Source of the DNA: Candidatus Methanoplasma sp.
GTDB taxonomy: Archaea > Thermoplasmatota > Thermoplasmata > Methanomassiliicoccales > Methanomethylophilaceae
Assembly (NCBI GenBank): GCA_031256955.1
Contig: JAIRPP010000008.1
Span: forward strand, 161,472-225,471
DNA length: 64,000 bases
Reading direction: 5' to 3'
Positions 32,094 to 41,662 of this stretch are shown here, in pieces. The translations under genes were made by a program, and so were the position numbers. The first letter of the stretch is position 1, and each line of letters opens with the position of its first letter. The notes under the pieces were generated by a model, which saw only the letters and a list, made by a program, of their open reading frames with translations, made no database searches and was not told where the DNA came from.

Positions 32094-32212
32094 ACTACCA
32101 GATGACGCGACTTTTTACATGTTTCAACTACTAAAGAACATGACTTTTACATCATGTTTACTACTAAAGGACGTGACTTTTTGATGTTTTCAACTACTAA
32201 AGAACACGACTT
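32094..32212. promoter_or_regulatory. 33-bp-period repeat array x4 upstream of AAA paralog 3
   Basis: ACTACTAAAG-nnCnn-GACTTTT at 32094, 32127, 32160 and 32193; same motif and orientation as the 29853 array; abuts an AT-rich TATA-like tract. Confidence 0.93.
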
Positions 32213-32577
32213 CATACATATCATTTGAGCATGGACCAAATTTGAATACGTGGAGGAAAGAGCGTATTGAGAGATAAAGAAAGATCGTGTGAAACTCAAA
32301 ATTAAATGAAAAACCGAAGATGACGGAGACGGAAGAAGGGCTAAGAGTCGCTAGACTTGCAATGATCTATTCCGGGCTGCGCATCCTGGAGAAAAAGACC
32401 ATATCGAACGAGGACTGCAACTTCTCGGAGAAGATGCGCGGACGGGGTCGCACATTGCTTTTTGCACTGATTCGCTAAATGAACAGACCCTATGGGCGAC
32501 GATGCGGGCGCAGATGTGATTGTAAAGCGCGTTTCGATTACCCAAACTATATTAGCATGCTCCAAAATTACATTGAT

Positions 32578-33700
32578 ATGAAGAAGATGCTGACGCTACT
32601 CTCGGTAGCGGCGATAGCGATCTCCATCGCGTGCATTGCGTTTGGGGGGGGGGTGGGGAACCGATGATGCGGGGGATGCTCCACAGAAAAGCCATTTCAC
32701 TGTAAACGTCTACCATGGAAAGGGTGTTTCGAATGTCTATGGCGGCGGAGAATACGCCAGAGGCGCAGATGTCACCCTAACCGCTACTGTGAAAACGGGA
32801 TTCGTTTTTGAAGGATGGTACTCGTACGAATCCGCGGACAGGTATTTCGATGAAACCGAAGACCTGACGATTTATTCCATAGACTGCGACTTAGACGTTT
32901 ATGCCATCTGCGTGGGAGAAGCTGTCCTGAAGCCGCCCGTCGAAGTGTATGACGCCAGATGGGTAGTCGAAGACAGATACAGCGGAAAATACATAACGAC
33001 CGTGTACGGCTCTCCGACAGTGTGGGACATGCCTTCGATAGGGGCGTACAATTTCAAACTCACGGCTACCACCGCAGATGGGAAAGCGTACTCCTACGAG
33101 GATGCGTGGTACAGGCAGGGAGCCGTGAGGGTCACATATGATTTCACGTTCGAGAACCGGCCCTGGTATCTTTGGTGGGAGGCGGACTATCTCGACTATG
33201 CGTATTACAAGGAGCTCGAAACTGTCAGGCACCACACCAATAAGGCCGGAGACGCCGCGTTCGTGACCGCCACGGATTCTTTGATACAGGAGATAACGGA
33301 CGCGATCTTAGACGGGACCAGGGATATGTCGAAGCTCAGAAGGGCGAACTTCATACTCGCGTTCGTACAGTCCCTGGAATACGAATATGACTCGGACGGG
33401 ACCGATTATGACGAATATTGGAAGTATCCCGTAGAAACGCTGTATGAGAAAAGGGGGGACTGTGAGGACACCGCGATACTGTACGCCGCCCTTATGAAAG
33501 CGGCAGGGTACGACGTCGCCCTCATCAACCTCCCGGGACACGAAGCGACCGGGATCGCGATGCCCGAGACGACGATCGGTACCTACTATCTGAAAGACGG
33601 CAAGAGGTACTACTACTGCGAGACGACTGGCACAGGATGGAAGCTTGGAGATTACCCGCCCGAGTATCGCGGGATCAGCGCAACGGTCTATTCGATATGA
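32578..33700 (+). CDS. Secreted transglutaminase-like Cys protease-domain protein with a bacterial-type repeat; frameshifted at a G10 tract (32644-32653)
   Basis: Signal peptide MKKMLTLLSVAAIAISIACIAFG in one frame; body (FVFEGWY, YWKYPVETL...GDCEDTAIL, PGH, YYCETT) in the next frame; G9 would join them. Confidence 0.8.
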
Positions 33701-33703
33701 TCT

Positions 33704-34651
33704 ATGGGAGATAGCGCGATGGTATCAAAGAAGATAAAGAAGGATGAAGTAGAGGCGAGTTCGTGCCCATATCTGACGATAGCGGTATTGATGATCTTTG
33801 TGGCATCCGGATGCGCAATGACGTCTCTTGTGTCCGATGACGCCTATGGATATAGCCTCGTCGATGAGGATGGTTTTTATTATACTACATCGGGCACAAC
33901 CGCGACAGTGACTGGCGCGTCCCGTCAGTCTATGGTTAATGTCGAGATCCCGAATCTGTTGACGTATTCTGGAAGGACATACACGGTGACGGGGATAGGA
34001 AACTATGCGTTTCAGGACTGCAGCTTCACCAACCTGACGATTAACACCCTATACGTAAAAATCGGAACGGGAGCGTTCAAGAGATCCACTATGGTCAATG
34101 TCGTTTTCAAAGGAAACCTCTCTGTGGATAAGGAGGCGTTCTACGGAGCCACCTTCGTCAATGCAACGTTCCTCGGTCCCGTGATCTCTGTTGGAGACAG
34201 CGCATTCGCGCGCTCGAACATATCAAAAGTGCCTTTGGGCGACGGTCTGACTTCAATCGGGACAGAAGCGTTCTACGGAACATCGCTCGCAGAAGTATCG
34301 ATACCGGACTCTGTAACTACCATCGGCGCTAGGGCGTTTGCGAACACACAGCTGAAAAGCGTAAATCTAGGCAAGAGTGTTCAAAAAATAGGAACTGGCG
34401 CTTTTGCGAACACGAGGCTCACTGAAGTCAAGATTCCCCTCGGAGCAATGCTTTCTGGCGAAATAAGCGAGAGCGCATTCGATTCTGGAGTCAAGGTGAC
34501 CTATGGGGTTACTGGAACAGTCGCGCCCACAAAAACTCAGAGCGAGGCTAGGGAGAACATGAGAGTGGCGAAGGCGATGATTATGGTCCCATTGATTTTG
34601 ATCTTGTTCTTTTGGAGGAGAAGCAGAAAGAAGAGGAGACTCAGTGGATGA
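33704..34651 (+). CDS. BspA-type leucine-rich-repeat surface protein
   Basis: VTGIGNYAF, LTSIGTEAF, IPDSVTTIGARAF repeats; N- and C-terminal hydrophobic segments with a basic tail. Confidence 0.88.
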   Translation: MGDSAMVSKKIKKDEVEASSCPYLTIAVLMIFVASGCAMTSLVSDDAYGYSLVDEDGFYYTTSGTTATVTGASRQSMVNVEIPNLLTYSGRTYTVTGIGNYAFQDCSFTNLTINTLYVKIGTGAFKRSTMVNVVFKGNLSVDKEAFYGATFVNATFLGPVISVGDSAFARSNISKVPLGDGLTSIGTEAFYGTSLAEVSIPDSVTTIGARAFANTQLKSVNLGKSVQKIGTGAFANTRLTEVKIPLGAMLSGEISESAFDSGVKVTYGVTGTVAPTKTQSEARENMRVAKAMIMVPLILILFFWRRSRKKRRLSG

Positions 34652-34798
34652 CCGAGGTCGGGTCTCGAAAGCGTGAACGGCGTGATGGCGGATATCTATC
34701 CAGATCTAGAGCATGTCGCGATGGGACACTGACAAAAGAAAGATGCGATGTCGTGTGAGATGAAGCCAGCGGTTGTGCGCTCTGGGGGGGAGGGGAGG

Positions 34799-35611
34799 TT
34801 ATCCCCCAAGCGCCGCCTTGGCCTCCGCGTATATCCTGTCCGCCGGATACCTCATGACCGACCCGGGCTCCGCCTCCGTCATCTCCAGGCCCGTCTCCTC
34901 CGAGAACAGCCTGCACCCCCTGTCGAGCTCCTCCCCCTTCACGCCCAGGCCCGTGTCTATCTTGACCGCCTTCTTGTACCCGTAGACCTGGAAGACCTCC
35001 TTCACCGTGTTTATGCCCATGATCTCGAAGCCCTTGCAGAAGTCCAGCTCCTCGGAGTACTCCTTCCAGTTCCCGGCTATGCACGGGGTGACGTAGAACA
35101 TCCCGGGGTGCTTCTTCACGAACTCGCAGTACCTCGGATGGCTCCCCACCGCCACCCCTATGCAGTCGTCGCACACCGAGCCGTCCTCCCCTCTGAACAC
35201 CGACACCCTGGCCCCAAGCTCCCTGGAGGCCCATTCGGACACGTCCCATCCCGCGTTGCCGCACATCCCGTAGTACAGCGCTATGGACCCGAACCTCCCA
35301 TGGTGGAACCTCAGCTGCTCCTCTATGGTCTCCTTCAGGAACGCCGGCCTCGAATGCAGGCCCAGCTTGTTCATCATCACGACCACGTTGAACCCGTCGC
35401 CCATGCCCTGCGGGGCGTACCCCTTGCCGAACTCCCACTCCCCCACCGGCTCGTAGGCTATCCCGCGGCGGTCCAGCTTCGCCGCCAGCGTGCGCGCGGG
35501 GGCGGATTCCACCAGATATATCCTCTTCTCGTCCGGATCGCTCTCCAGGGCGTAGACGATCTCGTCCTCGAGCACGGGGCACCCGATGATGCCCATGGTT
35601 CCTCTGGCCAT
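34799..35611 (-). CDS. DUF1638-like domain protein
   Basis: IIGCPVLEDE, GLHSRP, YYGMCGN, DDCIGVAVG. Confidence 0.75.
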   Translation of the reverse strand: MARGTMGIIGCPVLEDEIVYALESDPDEKRIYLVESAPARTLAAKLDRRGIAYEPVGEWEFGKGYAPQGMGDGFNVVVMMNKLGLHSRPAFLKETIEEQLRFHHGRFGSIALYYGMCGNAGWDVSEWASRELGARVSVFRGEDGSVCDDCIGVAVGSHPRYCEFVKKHPGMFYVTPCIAGNWKEYSEELDFCKGFEIMGINTVKEVFQVYGYKKAVKIDTGLGVKGEELDRGCRLFSEETGLEMTEAEPGSVMRYPADRIYAEAKAALGG

Positions 35612-35665
35612 GCGTTCAGATGGGGGCTCGCCTATATAATAAATAGCTATCCTTATGTAACTGCA

Positions 35666-35920
35666 TTAATTGATTCGCGGCCTGCGCGGCGCCTTCCGCC
35701 CCAGACGGGCCTCGCAATGGCCGTCGATCTCCCTCAGGATCCCCTCGTCGCCCATCAGATGGAACGGCTCGTAGGCGATCTCTATGAGCCCCAGTATGTC
35801 CGCCTCGCGGTCGAGCTCCAGGAACTCTTCGATGGTGAGCCCGTGCCTCTCGCGATAGAGGCGGGCGATCTGCGCCTGCATGTACGCCACCGGGTCTATC
35901 TCGCTCCACACGTGCGCCAT
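35666..35920 (-). CDS. Small protein, DUF3791-like
   Basis: ILGLIEIAYEPFHLMG motif; third gene of the DUF3990 operon. Confidence 0.65.
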   Translation of the reverse strand: MAHVWSEIDPVAYMQAQIARLYRERHGLTIEEFLELDREADILGLIEIAYEPFHLMGDEGILREIDGHCEARLGRKAPRRPRIN

Positions 35921-35927
35921 CCCCCTC

Positions 35928-36176
35928 TCAGATCGCCATCCAGCGCTCGGTGTCGCCCTTCTCCTCGACGTCCAGCATGTCCTGCGTGTACTCCGTGCTC
36001 TCTAGAGCCAGATACGACTCCGGGTCCATCAGCAGGGCGTAGGTCCTCGTGGCCATGAACCTCCGCAGCCCTTCGGTCACAGAGATCCCCTTCTGCCTGG
36101 CGTAGCGCCTGGCGACCTCCGCCGCGGTCATGTCCGCGAGGAACTCCATTGCCTGCGCCAGCTGCTCGTCATCCAT
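35928..36176 (-). CDS. Small acidic helical protein of the DUF3990 operon
   Basis: EGLRRFMATRTYALLMDPESYL; overlaps the upstream stop. Confidence 0.7.
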   Translation of the reverse strand: MDDEQLAQAMEFLADMTAAEVARRYARQKGISVTEGLRRFMATRTYALLMDPESYLALESTEYTQDMLDVEEKGDTERWMAI

Positions 36177-36696
36177 ACACCGTGTCCCGCCCTATCTCCA
36201 TCAGATATCCCGTCGCCCTGTCAGTGCCGAAGAAGACCTGCATCGGCAGCTCCCTGGACCCTATCCTTTCCTGAAGGACGCCCATGGCGCGCCTGCTCCC
36301 TACCTCCCCGTAGGCCCCGGAGAAATACGCCCCGATGGCCGAATCGGCCTCATCGTCCGCGATGGGGCCCATCACCATCTCGAATTCGTGCCACGACTGT
36401 TCGCTGGCGCGGTTCGCGTTCACGAAAGACGCCCATTCCACCGTGGGCGATTCGAACTCCCTCACGGACAGGTCGCGGAGAGCGGTGTCGTGGAGGACGT
36501 ACTCGTAGAGGTATATGACCTATTCGGCGCCGCCTCCGCCGCGCTTGGCCATGGCTATCGCCTGGTCTGGATCCCACGCGGCGTAGAATCCGCGCCCGAA
36601 GTCCCTGAACGGGCTTCCTTTGGAGGCGAGCGGCTTCTTGACGCTGCTGAGCGATCCGTGGTACAGGCGTATCTCGTACGGAAGCAACATGCGCAT
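36169..36696 (-). CDS. DUF3990 family protein with in-frame TAG (36520-36522)
   Basis: LYHGS...DFGRGFY...QA upstream of the TAG and EWASFVNANR...GPIADD...QVFF downstream, in the same frame. Confidence 0.82.
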
Positions 36697-36905
36697 CCCC
36701 CTCGCCCCTCCCTTGAGGGGGAGACCGCCTCCCGCGTCCTCTGCGCAACGAGCCTCTCGCGGGCGGCGCCCGGCTTCGATCCATCCATGCGGCTTCACCT
36801 TTCAGGACGCATATGCCGACTACGTCTTAACTGTGTCGCGCGGCGCTCTGGCCGCCGGCGCAGAGGCGCCCGTGCGCCTCTCTTCCCGCATAGCGTCTGT
36901 TTTGG

Positions 36906-37014
36906 AAAAATATTGTTTTTAATACAATTATTCGCTATAAAAATATTGTTTTTTACTCTAATATTCGCTGTAAAAATATTGATTTATGCATCTTTATTCC
37001 ATGTAAAAATATTG
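36906..37014. promoter_or_regulatory. 33-bp-period repeat array x4 upstream of AAA paralog 4
   Basis: AAAAATATTG at 36906, 36939, 36972 and 37005; copies 2-4 are preceded by TATTC(G/C)(C/A)T(A/G)T. Confidence 0.9.
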
Positions 37015-37041
37015 ATATACATATAGGCGCATCTAGCCTGG

Positions 37042-38415
37042 ATGAGGCGGAAGATCGATGAGGCGCTGAGGGACTGGAAGGCTTCTCCCGACAGGAAGAG
37101 CCTGGTCATATTCGGGGCCAGGCAGGTGGGGAAGACGTATTCCGTGAGGGACTTCGCCAAGAGCTACAATCACTTCCTCGAGATAAACTTTGAGACGGAC
37201 GGCGCCGCCATGGACGCGTTCGAAGGCGACCTCGGAACCGACGCCCTGGTCTCCAGGCTCAGGCTGAAATACTCGGACAAACCGATAGAGCCGGGGGAGA
37301 CCCTGATCTTCCTGGACGAGATACAGCTGTGCCCGAGGGCGTTCTCGTCCCTGAAGCCGTTCACCGACGACGGCAGGTACCACGTCGTCGCGTCTGGGTC
37401 CGGCCTCGGCTCCAAATACCGCCGCGAGACCTCGTACCCCGTCGGGTACGCCGACATCATGACCATGCGCTCCATGGATTTCGAAGAGTACCTATGGGCC
37501 ATGAGGACGGAGGAGGCGCAGATCGATGCGGTCAAAAGGTGCCTGAGGGATGTGGCCCCCATCGACGAGTTCGCGCTCTCCGTTCTCAACGAGAGGTTCA
37601 GAGACCACATGATCGTGGGCGGGATGCCCGAGTGCGTCGCCTCGTTCGCTAGGAACGGCGACTACAGGCGCGCGAGGGAGATACAGGAAGCGATAAACAG
37701 GATGTATCTGGAGGACATCGGGAAATACGCCTCGGTCGCGGACAAGTCCAAGGCCGCGAAATGCTTCAGATCCATCCCGGTCCAGCTTTCGAAGGACAAC
37801 AAGAAGTTCATGTACTCGGAGCTGGACGGCGGCACGAACGCCAACGGCAGGACATACGGTGCGGGCATAGACTGGCTCATAGACGCCCATCTGGTCGTTC
37901 CGTGCTACAACCTCAGAGAGCCGCGCCCGCCCCTGGCCATGAACGCCGAAAGGTCTTCCTTCAAGCTCTTCTATCACGACACGGGGCTGCTCATGAGCAT
38001 GATGGAGCCGCAGACCGCATGGTCCGTGCTCATGGGGGACGTGCGCGCGAACAAAGGGGCGCTCGCGGAGAACGCCGTGTCGGAGGCGCTGGCCAAGAAC
38101 GGGGTCGAGGCGTACCATTTCACCAAGAAGGCCTTCGAGACGGACTTCGTGGTGCCGATGGACCGCGGAGCGGCGGTGATCGAGGTCAAATCGGGGAACA
38201 ACACCAAGGCGAAGGCGATCCCTATCGCCATGTCCGAGAAATACGGGGTGGAGAGGGGGATGATCCTCGAGAACTCCAACGTGAGCGTGGACGACGCCGG
38301 CGTGGAGCACTACCCCCTGTTCGCCGCGTCGTTCATACGATCCATGGAGAGGTTCGGATGGGCGGATCTCAGGCGCGGCGCGGGCGATGCGGGGAGGGGG
38401 GATGAGCGGGGCTGA
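37042..38415 (+). CDS. AAA_14 ATPase + DUF4143 protein (paralog 4)
   Basis: GARQVGKT, FLDEIQ, SMDFEEYLWA, GGMP, DTGLL, ETDFV...EVKSG. Confidence 0.93.
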   Translation: MRRKIDEALRDWKASPDRKSLVIFGARQVGKTYSVRDFAKSYNHFLEINFETDGAAMDAFEGDLGTDALVSRLRLKYSDKPIEPGETLIFLDEIQLCPRAFSSLKPFTDDGRYHVVASGSGLGSKYRRETSYPVGYADIMTMRSMDFEEYLWAMRTEEAQIDAVKRCLRDVAPIDEFALSVLNERFRDHMIVGGMPECVASFARNGDYRRAREIQEAINRMYLEDIGKYASVADKSKAAKCFRSIPVQLSKDNKKFMYSELDGGTNANGRTYGAGIDWLIDAHLVVPCYNLREPRPPLAMNAERSSFKLFYHDTGLLMSMMEPQTAWSVLMGDVRANKGALAENAVSEALAKNGVEAYHFTKKAFETDFVVPMDRGAAVIEVKSGNNTKAKAIPIAMSEKYGVERGMILENSNVSVDDAGVEHYPLFAASFIRSMERFGWADLRRGAGDAGRGDERG

Positions 38416-38472
38416 TCCCGGACCCATCCGTCCAAACTTTTAATACGGAGACGGTATTGGGGTTGCAAGCGT

Positions 38473-38559
38473 GTGGGGGTGGCCCAGCCTGGCAAGGCGT
38501 TGGATTGCTAATCCAATGTCAGAAATGACCCGAGGGTTCGAATCCCTCCCCTCACGCCA
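38473..38559 (+). tRNA. tRNA-Ser(GCT)
   Basis: Acceptor GTGGGGG/CCCTCAC, anticodon arm TTGGA-TTGCTAA-TCCAA, long variable arm, GAGGG-TTCGAAT-CCCTC, G discriminator and encoded CCA. Confidence 0.96.
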
Positions 38560-38614
38560 TCTTTTGCTCCGCCCAGATTTGGCTCCGACACCCTCGCGGG
38601 GGCGTCCCTCGATC

Positions 38615-39457
38615 TCATCGGATGCGCAGGAGAGTCTCGGGAGACATCCTGGACTCCAGCGCTTCGGCGACTTCTCTCGGGTCCATGTCCTGCTCCGCCT
38701 TCAGCCCCATGGCTTTGGCGATCCCCGAAGAGTCCGTGCCCAGCGCCTCGTCCAGGCGCAGCCTCAGGGAGCCCCCGGACCTCTCGACGTCGTAAGAGTG
38801 GATCCGGATCGCGTCCGTCGCGCTCGCCTCGGAGATGTGCGCGAAGCTGAACTCCCTCCGCATGTACTCCAGGAACGGCTTTTGGATCACCAGGACCAGG
38901 CGCTTGCCGAGGCGCTCGAAGGTCTCCGCCTTGTGATGCATCTGCATCAAAGTCGTCTTGGCGGTCATCTTCCAGTTCATCCCAAACGACTTCCTGCTGC
39001 CCGAATCGGGATCCCTTTCTATGACGCCCAGTTCTATCATCAGCCTCTGGCGCTCCGGCCAGACGGTTCCCGTGGTGTCCATCGTCTGGAACTCCACCCC
39101 CAGGAAATCGGCGACCCTTCCATCTTTGACGGAGACCAGGAAATAGTCCACCGATCCTCCGGGCACGCTCATCTCCGGGACTGCGTGCAGATCGTTTCCG
39201 GGCTCGTGCATGGACAGCAGCGGCACGCAGTCCGCAAACGCCCTCCCGCCCTCCGATAGCCTGACGGGGCATACTATGACGCTCTCCCCGCGGTATTCCA
39301 GAACGCATGTGCCGATCGACGTTCCCGGATCGCTTTTCCTGACCTTCGTGCATTTCCTGCCGCTGAACGGGCACATCTGCCTTCTAGAGACCTCCCTCCA
39401 TTCCGCGCGCCCGTCCGCGACGCACACGCCGAAGAACTCAGACACTTTGCTTTCCAT
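38615..39457 (-). CDS. NotI-family type II restriction endonuclease
   Basis: CPF...CTKVRK...GTC...VCPVR four-Cys motif, VDYFLV...GVEFQTMDTTG, GMNWK. Confidence 0.82.
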   Translation of the reverse strand: MESKVSEFFGVCVADGRAEWREVSRRQMCPFSGRKCTKVRKSDPGTSIGTCVLEYRGESVIVCPVRLSEGGRAFADCVPLLSMHEPGNDLHAVPEMSVPGGSVDYFLVSVKDGRVADFLGVEFQTMDTTGTVWPERQRLMIELGVIERDPDSGSRKSFGMNWKMTAKTTLMQMHHKAETFERLGKRLVLVIQKPFLEYMRREFSFAHISEASATDAIRIHSYDVERSGGSLRLRLDEALGTDSSGIAKAMGLKAEQDMDPREVAEALESRMSPETLLRIR

Positions 39458-40553
39458 CGACTCTGCCCTCTGAAAGCCGTATGTATTCGCTGGAAACGTC
39501 TATGCCTATGGATTTCCTGCCCAGCCCCATGGCCGCCTTCATCGTGGTCCCCGTGCCGCAGAACGGATCCAGCACCACTCCTTCCTTCGGGCATGTCATC
39601 TTTATTGGGTTCAGGCAGAGCTCCTCGGGGTACGCCGCGTAGTGGCCTCCCCTGTTCTGAGTGTCTTCGGGGACTATGTTCCATACGTCTCCCGGCTTGC
39701 TCCCCGACGGGTTGTTCCTCAATATGTAGAACCCGTTCCGGTTCAGCTCCTTCGCCCTCCCCGAGACGCTCTCCGAATCCGAGTGCGTCGCCCGCTGCTG
39801 GCCCTTTATGATCATCCTGAAATCGAAGAGCCTGCCCTCCCTCATGTCTTCCAGCGCCCTGTCCAGCTCTCTGACGGCGCTCTCCTTCTGTTCGGCGCTC
39901 AGGACGCTCGACCCCTCGATCTGCTTCCTGTACCTGACTCCGGACACCCCCGTCGACGACACCGCCCTTCCGTCGCGGACCTCCGCCTTGGAAGGGGGGT
40001 TCCTCGCGGAATCGACGTCGTAATAGTATTTCTTGCACTTGACGAAGTGGAACACGGGCTCGTACATGTTCCTGAGCTTGTCCGCAGAGTTGTCGGGGTT
40101 GCCCTTGACTTTGTTCCAAACCACGGTGTTCCTCAGGATCCACCCCTGGCTGTCGGTCATCTCTATGGCTATCCTCCACGGGATGCTCTGAAGCGATTTG
40201 TCCTGGTACGTGTCTCCGACGTTGAGCCAGAACGACCCCGCGGGCTTTAGGGCCCTCTTTATCTCGCCCGTAATCTCCAGCAGGTTGCGCACGTATTCCG
40301 CCGCCGTGGATTCCTGCCCGATCCCCTCGCAGGCGTACTGCCTCTTCTTCCAATAGGGGGGGCTGGTCATGCAGCAATCGATGGATTCGTCGGGAACCGA
40401 CCTTAGGATCTCCAGAGCGTCCCCGCACAGGAGGAGCGGGGAAACCGACGAGCCGGACAGATAGCCCTCGACCAGCTCGGCGTCCGCACGCCTGGACTCT
40501 GGTGCTGCGCGAGTCTCCATCGAATATGCGTCTAGGCTCTGTGCCGATCCCAT
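39438..40553 (-). CDS. Site-specific DNA methyltransferase (N4/N6, beta class; SPPY suggests m4C)
   Basis: TSPPY precedes VLDPFCGTGTT; overlaps the endonuclease start. Confidence 0.92.
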   Translation of the reverse strand: MGSAQSLDAYSMETRAAPESRRADAELVEGYLSGSSVSPLLLCGDALEILRSVPDESIDCCMTSPPYWKKRQYACEGIGQESTAAEYVRNLLEITGEIKRALKPAGSFWLNVGDTYQDKSLQSIPWRIAIEMTDSQGWILRNTVVWNKVKGNPDNSADKLRNMYEPVFHFVKCKKYYYDVDSARNPPSKAEVRDGRAVSSTGVSGVRYRKQIEGSSVLSAEQKESAVRELDRALEDMREGRLFDFRMIIKGQQRATHSDSESVSGRAKELNRNGFYILRNNPSGSKPGDVWNIVPEDTQNRGGHYAAYPEELCLNPIKMTCPKEGVVLDPFCGTGTTMKAAMGLGRKSIGIDVSSEYIRLSEGRVDGKQSV

Positions 40554-40636
40554 ATGTGCGCAACGGCCTCATGCTTGATTATTGTTGCTATCCCCCCACG
40601 CAGAGCATTATTAACGCGCTCTCCGATCGCGCCCGC

Positions 40637-41305
40637 ATGAGAGTCCTGATCGTCAGCGACATACATCAGAAGGCCTCCGCGGCCGAATGGATCAACGGCG
40701 TGATAGCAGAGGAGGAGCCGGACGAGGTGTTCGTCCTCGGCGACGTGACCGACCTCGGCACCGGGGAGGACGCTGCGAGGATACTGGGGTCGATCCGCCG
40801 CCGCGTTTACGCCATACCCGGCAACTGCGACCCCCTGGACTTCCCGGAGAAGATCGGGGGCGCGGCCATAAGCGCGCACGCCAGGTCGTACGACGTGGGG
40901 GGATTCCACGTGGCGTTCCTGGGAGGGTCCAACAGGACCATATTCGGCACGCCGTTCGAGATGGACGAGGAAGACATCTCGGACGCGCTGGAGCCCATAT
41001 CCGCGGAGGGCATGGTGCTCGCCACCCACGTCCCCGCGTTCGGGGCGCTGGACCATATCCCCGGCGGGATCAGCGTGGGGAGCCATGCCGTGAGGGGGAT
41101 AGTGGACAGGTTCAGGCCGATAGCCGCGCTGTCGGGCCACGTGCACGAGGACCGCGGGATCGTCAGGGAGGGCGGGACGCTGTACGTGAACCCGGGCCCC
41201 GCCAGGGACGGATGCTGCGCCATCGTGGACCTGAGGGAGGGGCGCGCGGACGCGGAGCTCATCGGCCCGGAGCGCACGTCGCTCCTGACGGGATCGAAAA
41301 AATAA
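40637..41305 (+). CDS. Calcineurin-like metallophosphoesterase
   Basis: SDIH, GDVTD, GNCD, THVP, GHVHE, NPG. Confidence 0.92.
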   Translation: MRVLIVSDIHQKASAAEWINGVIAEEEPDEVFVLGDVTDLGTGEDAARILGSIRRRVYAIPGNCDPLDFPEKIGGAAISAHARSYDVGGFHVAFLGGSNRTIFGTPFEMDEEDISDALEPISAEGMVLATHVPAFGALDHIPGGISVGSHAVRGIVDRFRPIAALSGHVHEDRGIVREGGTLYVNPGPARDGCCAIVDLREGRADAELIGPERTSLLTGSKK

Positions 41306-41326
41306 GGGAAGGGGTTTGAGGGCCCG

Positions 41327-41662
41327 TCAGCTCGGGCTATTCCCATGCGCCGGCGGAGCCCATTGGGCCGCCGCCTCTCCGGAGAACGACGCGCTGGGCC
41401 TGTTCCTGCCGCCGCCGGCGGAGCTTCCGTCCGATGCGCTCGCGTCGGATGAGCCTTCGGTCGCGCCGGCCGCGTCCGCCCCCTCTGCTGCCCCTTCGTC
41501 TGTTACGGCCGCTCCCCCCCTGTCGCCGCCCCCGCGGCCTCCGCCTCCGCCGTGCCCGCCCCCGGCGCGCGGCGCGACCGCCGCGTACGCCAGGACCGCC
41601 ACGATGATCACCGCCAGCGCTATCGCCAGCACCTTCGTCCTAGTCTTCGCATCCATGCTCAT
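41327..41662 (-). CDS. Small membrane-anchored Gly/Ala/Ser-rich protein
   Basis: Basic N-terminus + TM helix + low-complexity tail; ATGA overlap with the upstream gene. Confidence 0.6.
   Translation of the reverse strand: MSMDAKTRTKVLAIALAVIIVAVLAYAAVAPRAGGGHGGGGGRGGGDRGGAAVTDEGAAEGADAAGATEGSSDASASDGSSAGGGRNRPSASFSGEAAAQWAPPAHGNSPS

Noticed and set aside
29853-32212. 33-bp arrays as CRISPR arrays
   Set aside because: The whole period is only 33 bp, the variable parts are 5 and 10 nt and mostly AT-rich, and no cas genes are present.
32220-32570. Short ORFs, including TAG-terminated ones, in the intergenic stretch
   Set aside because: No recognisable motif or SD, and amber readthrough of 32341..32565 does not give a convincing protein.
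40591-40601. TCCCCCCACGC as an attR copy of the tRNA-Ser 3' end (TCCCCTCACGC)
   Set aside because: Only a 10/11 match in GC-rich DNA and no integrase; could easily be chance.
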